Positions 20,110 through 30,619 of a stretch of 60,534 nt of DNA are shown here, one piece after another (the stretch's first letter is position 1; each line of letters begins with the position of its first letter). The notes under the pieces were generated by a model that worked only from the letters and a program-made list of their open reading frames with translations, was not told where the DNA came from and made no database searches. The stretch covers positions 1 to 60,534 of the forward strand of contig JANNBC010000046.1 in the NCBI GenBank assembly GCA_031385045.1. The letters run 5' to 3'. The translations under genes were made by a program, and so were the position numbers. This stretch comes from a bacterium (GTDB lineage Bacteria; Bdellovibrionota_C; UBA2361; CALJRW01).

Positions 20110-21615
20110 CTAAACAAATTGTAGTGGAAGAGAATTAAACTCTAAATTTTGTGACTTCGCTTCTTTTGGTAGTGGTCTTAAATGTTGAAAATAATTACGC
20201 CCCCCTCTTAATCCCTGATTTTCAAGAGCATCGACTAAAAGAACTGGTGGGAATAATGTTCTTAGAATCCTGCCTGCCATAGATGGAGCTGGAGTGGGAA
20301 GAATACTTAGATACCAGGGGATCTCAGCATTAATTGAAGTATCCCATTTCTGGTTAAAAATCTGATCAAGCTTTGCTACTTCATACTTACTTTCTAGAAC
20401 GACTCCTAGCTCACGAGAAAAACTCATTGACTGATTATCGAAATTATTGGAACCAACATAAGCACTGTGCCCATCAATTTCTAAAAACTTAGAATGATTT
20501 GCTTGTAAGTTTTTTAGTCGATCGGCGTACCAACGAATTTCAATATTTTAACGAATTTCTTCTGGAAGTTTATGCACATAAGCTACAATGGCATAGTTTG
20601 TTGCTCGATCAACAAAGGCTCCCAGGCTATTATAATTTTTAGGCAGTAGGATTTCTACTTTAACATTCTTCCAAGCAGCATTTTTTAAATCCTCCCAAAC
20701 TTCCAAATCATTAAAATTGGGAGTCATAATTCTAATTTTTTCTTTTGCTAAAGCAATCATGCCCTTCATTGCTCGATCTCCAACATTATGTTGATGATTA
20801 CCTTTCCAACTACTACTAGCTTCTTTCCCTACAATACTAAGAGCAATCTCCCGTGAAGAATGTACTTCTGGTTGGCTAGTACTACTAGCAAGTGTCCGGG
20901 CATTTTTTGTTTTATATAATTGCCCCTTTAGAAAATCTTTTTGATATTCTATCAGCAATCCAGAAACTACTTTTCCTGATAATCCAATTAACAGATCCGC
21001 CTCCCGAGGATTATCAATATTATCTCCGCCTATATAGGCTAATTTAGAATCAATCACATAAAGTTTAGAATGTAAGGAACTACGAAAAAACCCTTTGGGG
21101 TGTAGTGAAACGGAAGCTTTAATTTTAAATTCTTTTAGAGCTTCTAAGAACTCCACTTTATCTTTTTTGGTAACTTTATTGGCGGCTATAAAGATTTTAA
21201 AATCTGGTATGATCGCTTGCTTCTCTTTTAGAGTTTTTAAGAGGCGTAATCCAATTTCAGAATTTTGATCAAAAATATAAGCAGCGATATGCACACTTTC
21301 TTTTGCTAACTTAATTTGTTCAATGACACGTTCAATTCCCGTGTCAATTCCTGTTGGAGGGACATCAATAACTTCTTCTAAGATACCAGAAGTTCTAGAA
21401 AATGTTCCATGCTTACTATCATGATCTAAAAGCCGTTCTAATTGTCGACCTGTTGGATAACGATCTGATTGCTCCTTTGGGCCACTAGAATTGACTATCG
21501 GCATTTTTGTATTAGATAAATCAATTAAAGGATCAAGAACTTCTGAAAGTCCCTTGAGGTCAGTGCTTTGATTAATTTTCCTTGGAGTAGACGCCGAATC
21601 TTTGGCTATTTGCAT
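20110..21615 (-). pseudogene. Phospholipase D / cardiolipin-synthase-like gene interrupted by one in-frame TAA
   Basis: HKD1 is HSKLYVID..GGDN. After TAA (20550-20548) the same frame continues NIEIRWY...NHSKFLEIDGHSAYVGSNNFD (HKD2) into ORF 20110-20427. Confidence 0.85.
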
Positions 21616-21831
21616 TAACTTTTTAAAATACTTTTTATTTCAATTTAAGTATTATGACATAATAAAAAATCTTAGCACTACTTTTCAACCTTTTTCGAAT
21701 TGATATTCTAGAGTTTGCTAGTCGAAGATGCTAATCTTACTTAATGAAGATAATCCTAAATTTACTTTGCGATCCAAGAACCTCTGGACTATAATTAAAG
21801 ATTTTGTATCTACTGTTTAAGTTAAAATATA

Positions 21832-22377
21832 ATGTTTAGATTACTGATAACTATCTCAATTTTTCTTGTTCCTCTGCTTAGCCTTGCGGAAGAGGCAACG
21901 GATCCTAAACCAAAAGTTTATCAGGTGGGAGATTATTTTGAACCATATAAACTACAAACTCAACATAAAAAGCCACATACTTTATCCCCAGATACAAATG
22001 TCATCCTGGTATCTTTTGAAATGAGCTTATCAAAAAAAGTTCATCAAGCTTTAGAAAAAAGAGACAAAGATTTTCTAAAAGATCACCAAACTGAATATGT
22101 TGCCGATATTAGTGATATGCCAGATATCATTACTTTTTTATTTGCTGGTCCTAAAATGCGTGGCTATGATTTCCCAATTATCTGGGCACGAGAAGATGAT
22201 TTTGATTTAAAGTATCCCAAGAAAAAGGAAAGACTTACCGTGATCGAATTAGATCAAGATAAAAAAATTAAAAATATTTCTTTTCTAAAAAGCATTAAAG
22301 ATGTCTCTAGTAAGATTTACGGAGAAGAGTCAATTATTTCCAAAAAGAAATCCGAGATCAAAGAACAAACCGAATAA
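21832..22377 (+). CDS. Exported hypothetical protein (thioredoxin-like)
   Basis: Signal peptide; YVADISDMP..ITFLFAGPKMR. Confidence 0.65.
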   Translation: MFRLLITISIFLVPLLSLAEEATDPKPKVYQVGDYFEPYKLQTQHKKPHTLSPDTNVILVSFEMSLSKKVHQALEKRDKDFLKDHQTEYVADISDMPDIITFLFAGPKMRGYDFPIIWAREDDFDLKYPKKKERLTVIELDQDKKIKNISFLKSIKDVSSKIYGEESIISKKKSEIKEQTE

Positions 22378-22788
22378 AATAATATAAATTGCAGTCTTTG
22401 ACATGACTGCGTTTAACTCCCTAGCAGATTGATGTTGAAATATTATTTTAATACTTGGGATTGCCAGTATTAAAATTATTGATGAGATCAAACTGTAAGG
22501 ATGATTACTCATTAAATGTGAATCAAACCAGGGGACACATACAGCTGTTATTATTAAAACAAGATATTCTAATTTTCCAAAACGCTTACCAAAGCGCACT
22601 ACCTAAGTACGCTTCTTGGCAATCTTATCTTGTTCATAATCTCTAATGTTATTAACAACAAGTAAGGCAGTAGAAATTAAACCAAGGCTAATTCCTAGGA
22701 CTAAAGCATCCAATGAAAAAGCTTGGGTTAGAATATAATAAGTTCCTTCAACTGTAATTAGTCCAAAAAAAATAAATACGAAGAATTC
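22330..22788 (-). pseudogene. menA: MenA (DHNA prenyltransferase) 3' remnant with in-frame TAG
   Basis: EFFVFIFFG, LVVNNIRDYEQD..AKKRT*VVRFG, compared with typical NNxRD...D...GKRTLAVR. The 5' half is absent. Confidence 0.8.
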
Positions 22789-23037
22789 CACCCAGATATT
22801 ACAATTCTACCAATTGGTGCCTTTCTACCTAAAATAGTTTTACATAAATATCATCTAAGTCCAACAGAGGCAGTCCAAGCAGAATTAGATTTAGGTGTCA
22901 CAACTTTTATCCCTTCACACTTTGGAGCCTTTCGACTCTCACTTGATTATCCAGATACTGCCCTACCAGTCTTTGCTAAAGTAGCAAAAATAAAAAATCT
23001 GAATTGGGCAATGCCTGCCTTACTACAGATTAACTAA
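22783..23037 (+). pseudogene. 3' remnant of an MBL-fold metallo-hydrolase (NAPE-PLD/RomA-like)
   Basis: Not in the ORF track. Reads EFHPDITILPIGAFLP...HLSPTEAVQAELDLG...IPSHFGAFRLS...*, with no start codon. Confidence 0.75.
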
Positions 23038-23082
23038 TATTAAAGACAGTAAATTTATCAGTTCTGCCAGCTAGCCAAGAGC

Positions 23083-23475
23083 TCAGTAGATGAATTGTAG
23101 CAATAAAGATAAGATTGCTATCCAAATAGTTAAAATTATTATAGCTCCAATGATACTGACTGGTTTACTATCCAAATAGCTAGCTTTTTCCCTTGAGCGC
23201 AATAAAATATTCTCAGGTAATAACTTAAGAATAAAGTATATTCCAAATGATAAGATTAATAAGTCATCTAAAAAGCCAATAACTGGAATAAAATCAGGTA
23301 TCAAATCAATTGGACTAAGCGCGTACGAAACTAAAATCAGACAAAGGATCTTTAAGTAGATTGGAGTTTCAAGATCACGAATTACACAATACAAGGTGAG
23401 TGTTTCACGCTTCATTGTTACAGTCCAAGTAGCTAATTTTTTTATTATTTTCTTCATCTGGTAAGTAATCATCAC
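23083..23475 (-). CDS. YkvA/DUF1232 membrane protein
   Basis: YALSPIDLIPDFIPVIGFLDDL. Confidence 0.9.
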   Translation of the reverse strand: MMITYQMKKIIKKLATWTVTMKRETLTLYCVIRDLETPIYLKILCLILVSYALSPIDLIPDFIPVIGFLDDLLILSFGIYFILKLLPENILLRSREKASYLDSKPVSIIGAIIILTIWIAILSLLLQFIY

Positions 23476-23616
23476 ATATTTGGGGTGAACTAGTCAGCTC
23501 CATTTTGATTGGTACGTTAAACTTGGAACTTACCCCTTTCGACATTAAACTACATAAATTAGATTACAGGGAATTATCTAAGCTCCTAGCACTTTACTTG
23601 AACTCGAAAGTTACTA

Positions 23617-23964
23617 ATGACTTCTACCCTACTACAATTAATTGATAAACATTGGGCACTTTGTTTACTTGCAGCTGGAGGAATCGTCCTCACATTAGGC
23701 GATTTAGTAATGAAGAAATGGGTCACGACAGATCTGCGTACCTATTACGTTATCGGCCTTTTTATCTGGGTTATTGGACTTAATTTCCTAGCAATTTCCT
23801 TTAAGTATAAAGGCATTGCTGTAGCATCCATGATCTTTATTATTTTCAACACGATCACACTACTGCTAGCAGGGTATTTACTCTACGGCGAAAAAATTTC
23901 TATGCAAGAAATGCTTGGCATTTTTCTTGGACTTTGCTCTGTTGCCTTAATGGACTTGGCGTAA
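23617..23964 (+). CDS. SMR/DMT-type small membrane transporter
   Basis: Four TM helices, GEKIS motif. Confidence 0.7.
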   Translation: MTSTLLQLIDKHWALCLLAAGGIVLTLGDLVMKKWVTTDLRTYYVIGLFIWVIGLNFLAISFKYKGIAVASMIFIIFNTITLLLAGYLLYGEKISMQEMLGIFLGLCSVALMDLA

Positions 23965-23972
23965 GTAAAATT

Positions 23973-24887
23973 ATGAAAATTGCACTAATTGGATGTGGAA
24001 GTTGGGGGAAATATATTTTAAGGGACTTAGTCAGTCTAGGCTCACAGGTTCAAGTTGTTGCGAGATCTACAGGTAGTATTAAAAATGCTGTAGAGTTTGG
24101 TGCAACAAAGATTGTAAGTTCAGTTTCAGAACTTGAATCTCCAAATGGTGTTGTTGTTGCAACCACAATTGGTTCACATTATGAAATCATCAGCGAGCTT
24201 TCTAAGATCTTTCCTAATATTCCTATTTTCTGTGAAAAACCCGTAACGGACTCATTCGATCAGGCCTCTAAACTACTTGAAAAATCCTCCAATAATATTT
24301 TTGTGATGGAAAAATGGCGCTATCATCAAGGGATTATTAAGCTACGAGAACTATATCAGAGTGGTAAATTTGGAATACTAGAAGGGATTCATACTACCCG
24401 CCTATCAATGTCTAACCCCCATCTTGATGCTGATGCTGTCTGGGTTTTACTGCCCCATGATTTAAGTATTGTTAATGAAATCCTAGGATTTATTCCTGAG
24501 GCTCAATTTGCCAGAGGCCAAATTTATCAAGATCATTTTGAATCACTTATCTGCCAACTTGGTAAAAACCCTTGGGTTCAAATTGAAGTTAGTGCTCGTT
24601 CTACTAAAAAGGAACGAAGAATTGAGTTGCGTTTCGAGCGACATATTCTAGTACTAAATGATGGTTATGCTAGTGAAATTGAAATATATTCTTGGGATCC
24701 CAATAAACAAATTATTAATCCACAAATTGAAAAGATTCCTTTTAAAGAAGAAATGCCTTTGCTAGCTGAGCTAGAAACCTTTATTCAATATTTAAAAAAT
24801 GAAGGTCCCACTCCCAAGAGTTCCTTGCGTGAAGCAGTTCTGGGAGTTGAAAGAATTGAGCAACTAATGTCTTTAGCAAAACTCTAA
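23973..24887 (+). CDS. Gfo/Idh/MocA oxidoreductase
   Basis: MKIALIGCGSWG, FCEKP, PHD. Start moved to ATG 23973. Confidence 0.9.
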   Translation: MKIALIGCGSWGKYILRDLVSLGSQVQVVARSTGSIKNAVEFGATKIVSSVSELESPNGVVVATTIGSHYEIISELSKIFPNIPIFCEKPVTDSFDQASKLLEKSSNNIFVMEKWRYHQGIIKLRELYQSGKFGILEGIHTTRLSMSNPHLDADAVWVLLPHDLSIVNEILGFIPEAQFARGQIYQDHFESLICQLGKNPWVQIEVSARSTKKERRIELRFERHILVLNDGYASEIEIYSWDPNKQIINPQIEKIPFKEEMPLLAELETFIQYLKNEGPTPKSSLREAVLGVERIEQLMSLAKL

Positions 24888-24899
24888 AAAGAGTTTCTA

Positions 24900-25436
24900 T
24901 TAGAGCGCTAGTTCTGCTAATAGACTATCAAGACTTCCTAGTGACTCATCTCTTAAAGAGACTTTTAATTGATATTGCTGAAGATTAAACCCTAGTTGTG
25001 ATTCCTGAAAATTAAACCCTAGCTCATCAGCAAGATTCCAATATTCCGTCACAGAATAGACATGAATGCTAGGGACTGGGAAATAAAAGGCATGGGCCAC
25101 GCCAGGTGGAATATAGATGCCTTGCATCTGTTCTGCTTTAATAATAATTTCTTCTTCTTGCAGGAAAGTACTAGAATCTTTTCGCAGATCTTTTAAGAAA
25201 AAACGACACTCTCCGTTAGCAATTGTTAAATAATCAGCATGTAATTTATGGACATGAAAGCCACGAAAAGTTCCCGGATTAGAATTTACTATATTCCACT
25301 GAATTGGCTGAGAGAAATCAAACCAAGCGGATCTAAAAACTTCTGTGAAGCTTCCGCGATCATCATAGTTAGTCACTAGCTGAGCAACAATCAGATCATT
25401 AATCTTTGTTTTATTTGTAATAAGTGATTCAGGCAT
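24900..25436 (-). CDS. rfbC: dTDP-4-dehydrorhamnose 3,5-epimerase family
   Basis: DDRGSFTE, GTFRGFH, IPPGVAHAF. Likely start ATG 25436. Confidence 0.8.
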   Translation of the reverse strand: MPESLITNKTKINDLIVAQLVTNYDDRGSFTEVFRSAWFDFSQPIQWNIVNSNPGTFRGFHVHKLHADYLTIANGECRFFLKDLRKDSSTFLQEEEIIIKAEQMQGIYIPPGVAHAFYFPVPSIHVYSVTEYWNLADELGFNFQESQLGFNLQQYQLKVSLRDESLGSLDSLLAELAL

Positions 25437-25530
25437 TAATCCTAGTTTATGGTAATTAAAGCTAAAATTCCAATTTTTTAAATCTCCTTCTGATTGCCAT
25501 ATTAATTGATCAAGTCCCAGTATGAAAATC

Positions 25531-26475
25531 TCAAGTCTTCGGATTTTGCTTTGAGTTATAAAACTCACGCAACATAATCAATTCTTGATCTTGCTTTGCT
25601 AAGTGAACTTTAAGTTCGGTAATTGTTTGTAATAAATGCTGCTCATTCTTTTTACTAGTATCAACATATTGATCAAAATTACTTTGTACTTCGCGCTGTT
25701 TTTCTGTGCTTTCAATTTCAAGTTGATATCCTACTCGTAGTTTAGTTTGGGTAATTTCTGCTTTCAATTTCATTAATTCAACTGGATTTTGAATTAGTTC
25801 GGTATGCTTCTCTAATTCTTGATAACGCTCGGGGAGTGTTTGATTAAGACGATCAGGGCTAGCAAAATGTAATGCAGTTGGTTCAAATAAACTACTACAA
25901 CGAACACCAGGATAACATAAAATTTGTTGCCACATATATAAATCTGTCGGTGTACCAGTGGGAGTAGTTCGCCATCCAAAGGGCAATTTATGATAAAAAT
26001 CAAGGCGATGAGCGGCCATCCCTAAGGGAATCCGATTTGTTCCTGAAAGCAAAAGATTTTGATACCAAGGATCTGATAAATTGATTTGCCAAACATAAGA
26101 ACTGCCATCAGGCATTATTTTTACTGGGAGAGAATGAGTAAAATCAACCCACATTAGTTCCTGCGCTATTACGGCTAAATGATTTTCTAAGTATAAATCA
26201 TCATCAGCTAAATAGCAGACAAAATCACCTGTTGCTTGTTGTAAAATTGGGTGGCGATATGCCTCACCTAAACGAGGACCTTTGGGATGTGGGAAATATT
26301 TAATGCGAGCATCTTGTGCTTGATACTGATCAACAATTTCTGCTGTTCTTTCAGGTGCTCCATCTCCAATAATAAATAATTCAAAGTCTTGGTGGGTTTG
26401 TCGTAGGATACTTTCAATTGGAAAACGAATTAGTTCACAGTGATCAAAAGTTGGAATAATAATTGTCGCTTTCAA
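25531..26475 (-). CDS. GT2 glycosyltransferase with coiled-coil tail
   Basis: IIIPTF, QTHQDFE, YLADDD. Confidence 0.9.
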   Translation of the reverse strand: MKATIIIPTFDHCELIRFPIESILRQTHQDFELFIIGDGAPERTAEIVDQYQAQDARIKYFPHPKGPRLGEAYRHPILQQATGDFVCYLADDDLYLENHLAVIAQELMWVDFTHSLPVKIMPDGSSYVWQINLSDPWYQNLLLSGTNRIPLGMAAHRLDFYHKLPFGWRTTPTGTPTDLYMWQQILCYPGVRCSSLFEPTALHFASPDRLNQTLPERYQELEKHTELIQNPVELMKLKAEITQTKLRVGYQLEIESTEKQREVQSNFDQYVDTSKKNEQHLLQTITELKVHLAKQDQELIMLREFYNSKQNPKT

Positions 26476-26531
26476 ATTATATACTCTTAGTTTAAATCAG
26501 AAATTTACTAGTAAATTTAAATACTTATAAA

Positions 26532-27323
26532 TTATTTTTGAAGAATTCGCTCCTTGGTCAGATCTAAGTACTTACTACTTAAATCAATCCCAATAAATTT
26601 CCTTTTTTCTTGGATCGCAATAACTCCCGTTGTTCCACTACCACAAAAAGGATCCAAGATTAAGTCTCCAATATTAGAGCTAGCTAAAACAATTCGACGA
26701 AGTAGGTCGAGTGGCTTTTGAGTCGGATGATAGCCATTAATTTTTTCTGATTTTTTAGTAACAGGAATCGACCAGACACTACGCATTTGTTTATCTTGAT
26801 TTTTGAGTGGATCTTTTTGGTGCCACTCCCCTTTTTTCATTAGCTCATAATTAAAAGTATGTTTCGCCTTAGGATCTTTTTTGGCCCAGACTAATGTTTC
26901 ATGACTGGCTGTAAAATACCGACAACTAATATTGGGTGAAGCATTAGGCTTAAACCAACTAACATCATTTAAAATTTGAAAGTTACTTAGTTGTAATGCA
27001 AAAGCACATTGATAAATGGAGTGATATGTACCACTAATCCAGATTGTCCCATTTGGTTTTAAGACACGCTGGCAAGCTTGAATCCATGAGCGATGAAAAT
27101 TAAAGTCGGCTTCCACACCTTGGCTCGCATCCCACTTACCTTTATTAACAGAGACGCGTTTCCCCGATTTTACAGTAAAACCATTGTTAGAGAGGTTATA
27201 TGGTGGATCGGCAAAAATTAAATCAACTGACTCTGCTGGAATATTTTCGAGCACTTCCAAGCAATTGCCTTGATAAAGACTAAGATTTCGAGATTTGAAA
27301 TATTGTAATTTTTTTAAAGACAT
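26532..27323 (-). CDS. Beta-class amino-DNA methyltransferase, DpnA-like, orphan
   Basis: DLIFADPPYNLSNNG...VSVNKGKWD, HPTQKP, DPFCGSGTT. No endonuclease adjacent. Confidence 0.9.
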   Translation of the reverse strand: MSLKKLQYFKSRNLSLYQGNCLEVLENIPAESVDLIFADPPYNLSNNGFTVKSGKRVSVNKGKWDASQGVEADFNFHRSWIQACQRVLKPNGTIWISGTYHSIYQCAFALQLSNFQILNDVSWFKPNASPNISCRYFTASHETLVWAKKDPKAKHTFNYELMKKGEWHQKDPLKNQDKQMRSVWSIPVTKKSEKINGYHPTQKPLDLLRRIVLASSNIGDLILDPFCGSGTTGVIAIQEKRKFIGIDLSSKYLDLTKERILQK

Positions 27324-27393
27324 CGGGAGTTCCAGTCTATTAAGAAATCACGATTTCTGATAGTCTCTGAAACAATTATTTTAGCAATTTAGT

Positions 27394-28371
27394 ATGAAAA
27401 GAGCATTAACTGGGATCCGTACATCTGGTGATATCCACATTGGGAATTATTTAGGAGCAATAAAACCTGCTCTTAAGCTCCAAAATGACTATCAGTGTTT
27501 ATACTTTTTAGCGGACCTACATTCACTCACTAGTCAAAAAGATGCGCTCCTGCTCCAAAAAAGCATTTACGATCAAGTCGCTCTCTGGATTGCACTTGGT
27601 CTGGACTATAAAAAACATTTACTTTACCGCCAGTCAGACTTACCTAATGTTGAGCTTTCTTGGTACTTATCCTGTGTAACCGGTGTAGGCTTTCTAGAGA
27701 AAGCTCATGCCTATAAAGATTCCCGTGCCAAAAATAAGGATGTAAATGTCGGTGTTTTCTACTATCCGATACTAATGGCCGCAGATATTCTGCTTTATTC
27801 GCCTGACGTTGTCCCTGTTGGGAAAGATCAGAAGCAACACGTGGAAATGGCACGTGACATTGCTGGTTCGTTTAATGCCACATATGGGGCTGGAGAAGTC
27901 ATCTTAAAGCAACCTGAAGTGATGATTGCCGAAGAGGTCATGTTGATTCCCGGCTTAGATGGTCAAAAGATGTCTAAAAGCTATAACAACACAATTGAGT
28001 TAATGCTCCCCGAAAAGCAACTTCGTAAAAAGATTATGTCTTTAACTACAGATTCTACTCCCCTAGAAGATCCTAAGGTTTTATCAGGTTCAGTCCTTGG
28101 AAATTTGTTTAAACTTTTTGCAAGTCAAGCTCAGTTTAATGATTTAGAAAAAAGATTGGTGGCAGGTGGCTTAGGCTGGGGTAATGCTAAAGAAGAACTC
28201 TTTCAAGCCATTAATCAGGAAATCTCAACCGCAAGAACTAAGTACGAAGCAATTCGCGCCGATCAGAAGTTTTTAGAAGATGTTCTACTAGAGGGGAAAA
28301 ACAAGGCCTGGGAGATAGCGGATCCAATTCTTAGAAAGGTGCGTGAGGCGATTGGAATATCTAAAAAATAA
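27394..28371 (+). CDS. trpS: Tryptophan-tRNA ligase
   Basis: HIGNYLGA, YPILMAADIL, VPVGKDQKQH, KMSKS. Confidence 0.97.
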   Translation: MKRALTGIRTSGDIHIGNYLGAIKPALKLQNDYQCLYFLADLHSLTSQKDALLLQKSIYDQVALWIALGLDYKKHLLYRQSDLPNVELSWYLSCVTGVGFLEKAHAYKDSRAKNKDVNVGVFYYPILMAADILLYSPDVVPVGKDQKQHVEMARDIAGSFNATYGAGEVILKQPEVMIAEEVMLIPGLDGQKMSKSYNNTIELMLPEKQLRKKIMSLTTDSTPLEDPKVLSGSVLGNLFKLFASQAQFNDLEKRLVAGGLGWGNAKEELFQAINQEISTARTKYEAIRADQKFLEDVLLEGKNKAWEIADPILRKVREAIGISKK

Positions 28372-28467
28372 GGCTTCTAAGCTCAAAAACCTCCCTAGCA
28401 TAATTAGAATTTCTAAAATGAACCCCGGAACTTAAGTTTAAAATTATATTAGTCGATAGAATTATTA

Positions 28468-28959
28468 ATGAGGAATCAGGGATTTTCTTTAATTGAACTT
28501 TTAGTAACGGTTGCTGTGGTTGGACTATTGTCCTCAATTGCTGTCGCTAATTATTCCGAATATAAGGCTAGAGCCTATGAGATGGAAGCACTAGCGCTCC
28601 TTCATAACGGTTTAACCTCAATTGAAGCATATCGAGCAAATGATATCCAAATGGATTTTTTCCGTAAATTTGTAAACCACTCCCCCGGTGGTACGATTTC
28701 CTATTTAGGAGTTTCCGACACGGAAAGTCTCTTGCCTGGATTAGGCCCTATTTCTCGTGATGCTTACTTTTTCATTCAAATCTATGGTCGACAAGCTGGA
28801 GGTAGTGCCATGTTATTGCAAGCAAATTCCGCAAATTGCAAAGGCAAGACTTATGGACCAGTTAACGGATTTCCTAATAAACGTTGGTATCGTTTTGGAT
28901 ATAATATTGAAAGCCAAATTGTTGATACAACCGTACTAAACGTTAATTGTACCTATTAA
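28468..28959 (+). CDS. Type IV pilin-like protein
   Basis: GFSLIELLVTVAVVGLL prepilin motif; C-terminal Cys pair. Confidence 0.85.
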   Translation: MRNQGFSLIELLVTVAVVGLLSSIAVANYSEYKARAYEMEALALLHNGLTSIEAYRANDIQMDFFRKFVNHSPGGTISYLGVSDTESLLPGLGPISRDAYFFIQIYGRQAGGSAMLLQANSANCKGKTYGPVNGFPNKRWYRFGYNIESQIVDTTVLNVNCTY

Positions 28960-28980
28960 CTTATTTTTAGAATTATCTAT

Positions 28981-30471
28981 TTAAGTTTGGATCTTTTGAC
29001 TTTTTTTCCACTCTTGAAAATCAGGTATCAGATAAAGCTTAATTAATTTTTGATCTGTACTATGCTGAACTGTATCTCTAAAACGTTCTTCGGAAATCAA
29101 ATTACGCACTTTGGCTAGGTTAGTTTCTACCTCTGCTTGAATTTTAGCTAAGATTTCTGGGGCAACATCTTTCCGAGCCTTTACTATTTCAACAGTCAAG
29201 AAGTTCTGATACTCCCCTTCTAAATGATTATCTTTTGCTGGTTTCTTACTGGTGTTGGAATTGCTTACTTTAGTAGATTCTAGGCTAAAGGTTTTTGGCA
29301 GAGCAAAATCTTCTATATTCTCGATAGCACGATAAAGGAATCCAACAGGACTAGTACTAACTAAGCTACTATTACTGGACATCAAGTAATCAAAATATTT
29401 AATCACCAACTCCATTTTACGAAGATGATAGTCCGTTCGTGACTTCAGTAACTTATCTAATTGATGCGACTTTAATCCCCGCTCCTCTAAACATTTTCGA
29501 ACTCGAGCAGTCAGACTAAGTCCCATATCTGCCGGTGACTTCACCAAAATTGCTGGTTTAGAAAGAACACTAACTGGTGGCAAATCAGCTTGAGTACTAG
29601 GTTGCTGCTGAGATCGTGGTAGTAAACTAGCTCCAGAAAGAACAATTTCTGTTTTTGAGCCCCGGCCCAAATATTCTACGGAAGAAATGAAATTAACTTT
29701 TAAGAGTTCTTCCAGTGCGGGTTCCAGTTGTTGTTTAAGTGAGCTGGCATATTTAAAATTTCTAGAAATACCTATTTTTTCATGGCAGAGTGTAAAAAGG
29801 TTAATTTTTAGTTTCGAACGATACCAGAAGTTCTTATCTAAAAAACGATAAAGTCGTTTGGAAATTGAACTATTTAAATCCAAATAAAAATCTAGATCTA
29901 GTTTCTTAATAAAACCAGATTGAAATGATTGGAAAATCTCATCACTCCAGATAAAGAAACTTGGCTTAATACGGTTTTCTCGGCCATCATTAATTTCATA
30001 GGCGTCAATTATGCCAAAGTTTTTAGTACTATGAGCCTTAGCCTCATTATCATAAAAAGCATTAGTCGCTTTAATTCGCACACCACTAAGACGATCTAAG
30101 GCTTTTTGTAGGCGGGAGTAATTCTTCCCCTCGGTTGGCCAGCGCAAAATTTTTAAAAGCTCATAACGAGTAAAGCTAACTTTTTTATTTTTAAATTGAT
30201 CTTCTACTGATAATTTTAAAAGCCCTAGTAAGACTTCATCATCTGAGGCTGTAGGTAAACCAAATTTATCAGTACCAGTAATAACCCACTCGCGGTTGAT
30301 CTCTCGCCCATTTTTATTAATTATTGTATCTTTAAATTCTAGTGTTTTAATTTTTGGATCTGCTCGATTGGATAACATGGTTAACGGAAATTCCGCTAAG
30401 TTCATTTCATCTCGTGAAATTAATGACACTCCCCCAGTGTTATCAGATATTTTTTTAGGTAGTGCAGTCAT
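28981..30471 (-). CDS. Plasmid-type replication initiator protein A (RPA family)
   Basis: RDEMNLAEFP, GLPTASDDEV, FTRYELLK, KRLYRFLDK, QLEPALEEL. Divergent from parAB across an iteron region. Confidence 0.85.
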   Translation of the reverse strand: MTALPKKISDNTGGVSLISRDEMNLAEFPLTMLSNRADPKIKTLEFKDTIINKNGREINREWVITGTDKFGLPTASDDEVLLGLLKLSVEDQFKNKKVSFTRYELLKILRWPTEGKNYSRLQKALDRLSGVRIKATNAFYDNEAKAHSTKNFGIIDAYEINDGRENRIKPSFFIWSDEIFQSFQSGFIKKLDLDFYLDLNSSISKRLYRFLDKNFWYRSKLKINLFTLCHEKIGISRNFKYASSLKQQLEPALEELLKVNFISSVEYLGRGSKTEIVLSGASLLPRSQQQPSTQADLPPVSVLSKPAILVKSPADMGLSLTARVRKCLEERGLKSHQLDKLLKSRTDYHLRKMELVIKYFDYLMSSNSSLVSTSPVGFLYRAIENIEDFALPKTFSLESTKVSNSNTSKKPAKDNHLEGEYQNFLTVEIVKARKDVAPEILAKIQAEVETNLAKVRNLISEERFRDTVQHSTDQKLIKLYLIPDFQEWKKSQKIQT

Positions 30472-30580
30472 TAATAATTTAAAAGAGAGTCCTGTAGAGT
30501 ATAATTAAGATAATTAGATCTACTAACTTTTATAGTAGTTTACAAATGTTATTTTAAGTTACTTGTAATAAGTAAGCGGG

Positions 30581-30599
30581 AATAATTCTTAGAATTATT
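30581..30599. promoter_or_regulatory. Perfect palindrome upstream of rep (candidate operator)
   Basis: AATAATTCT-T-AGAATTATT. Confidence 0.4.
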
Positions 30600-30619
30600 A
30601 GATAGTTAGACGAGAATAT

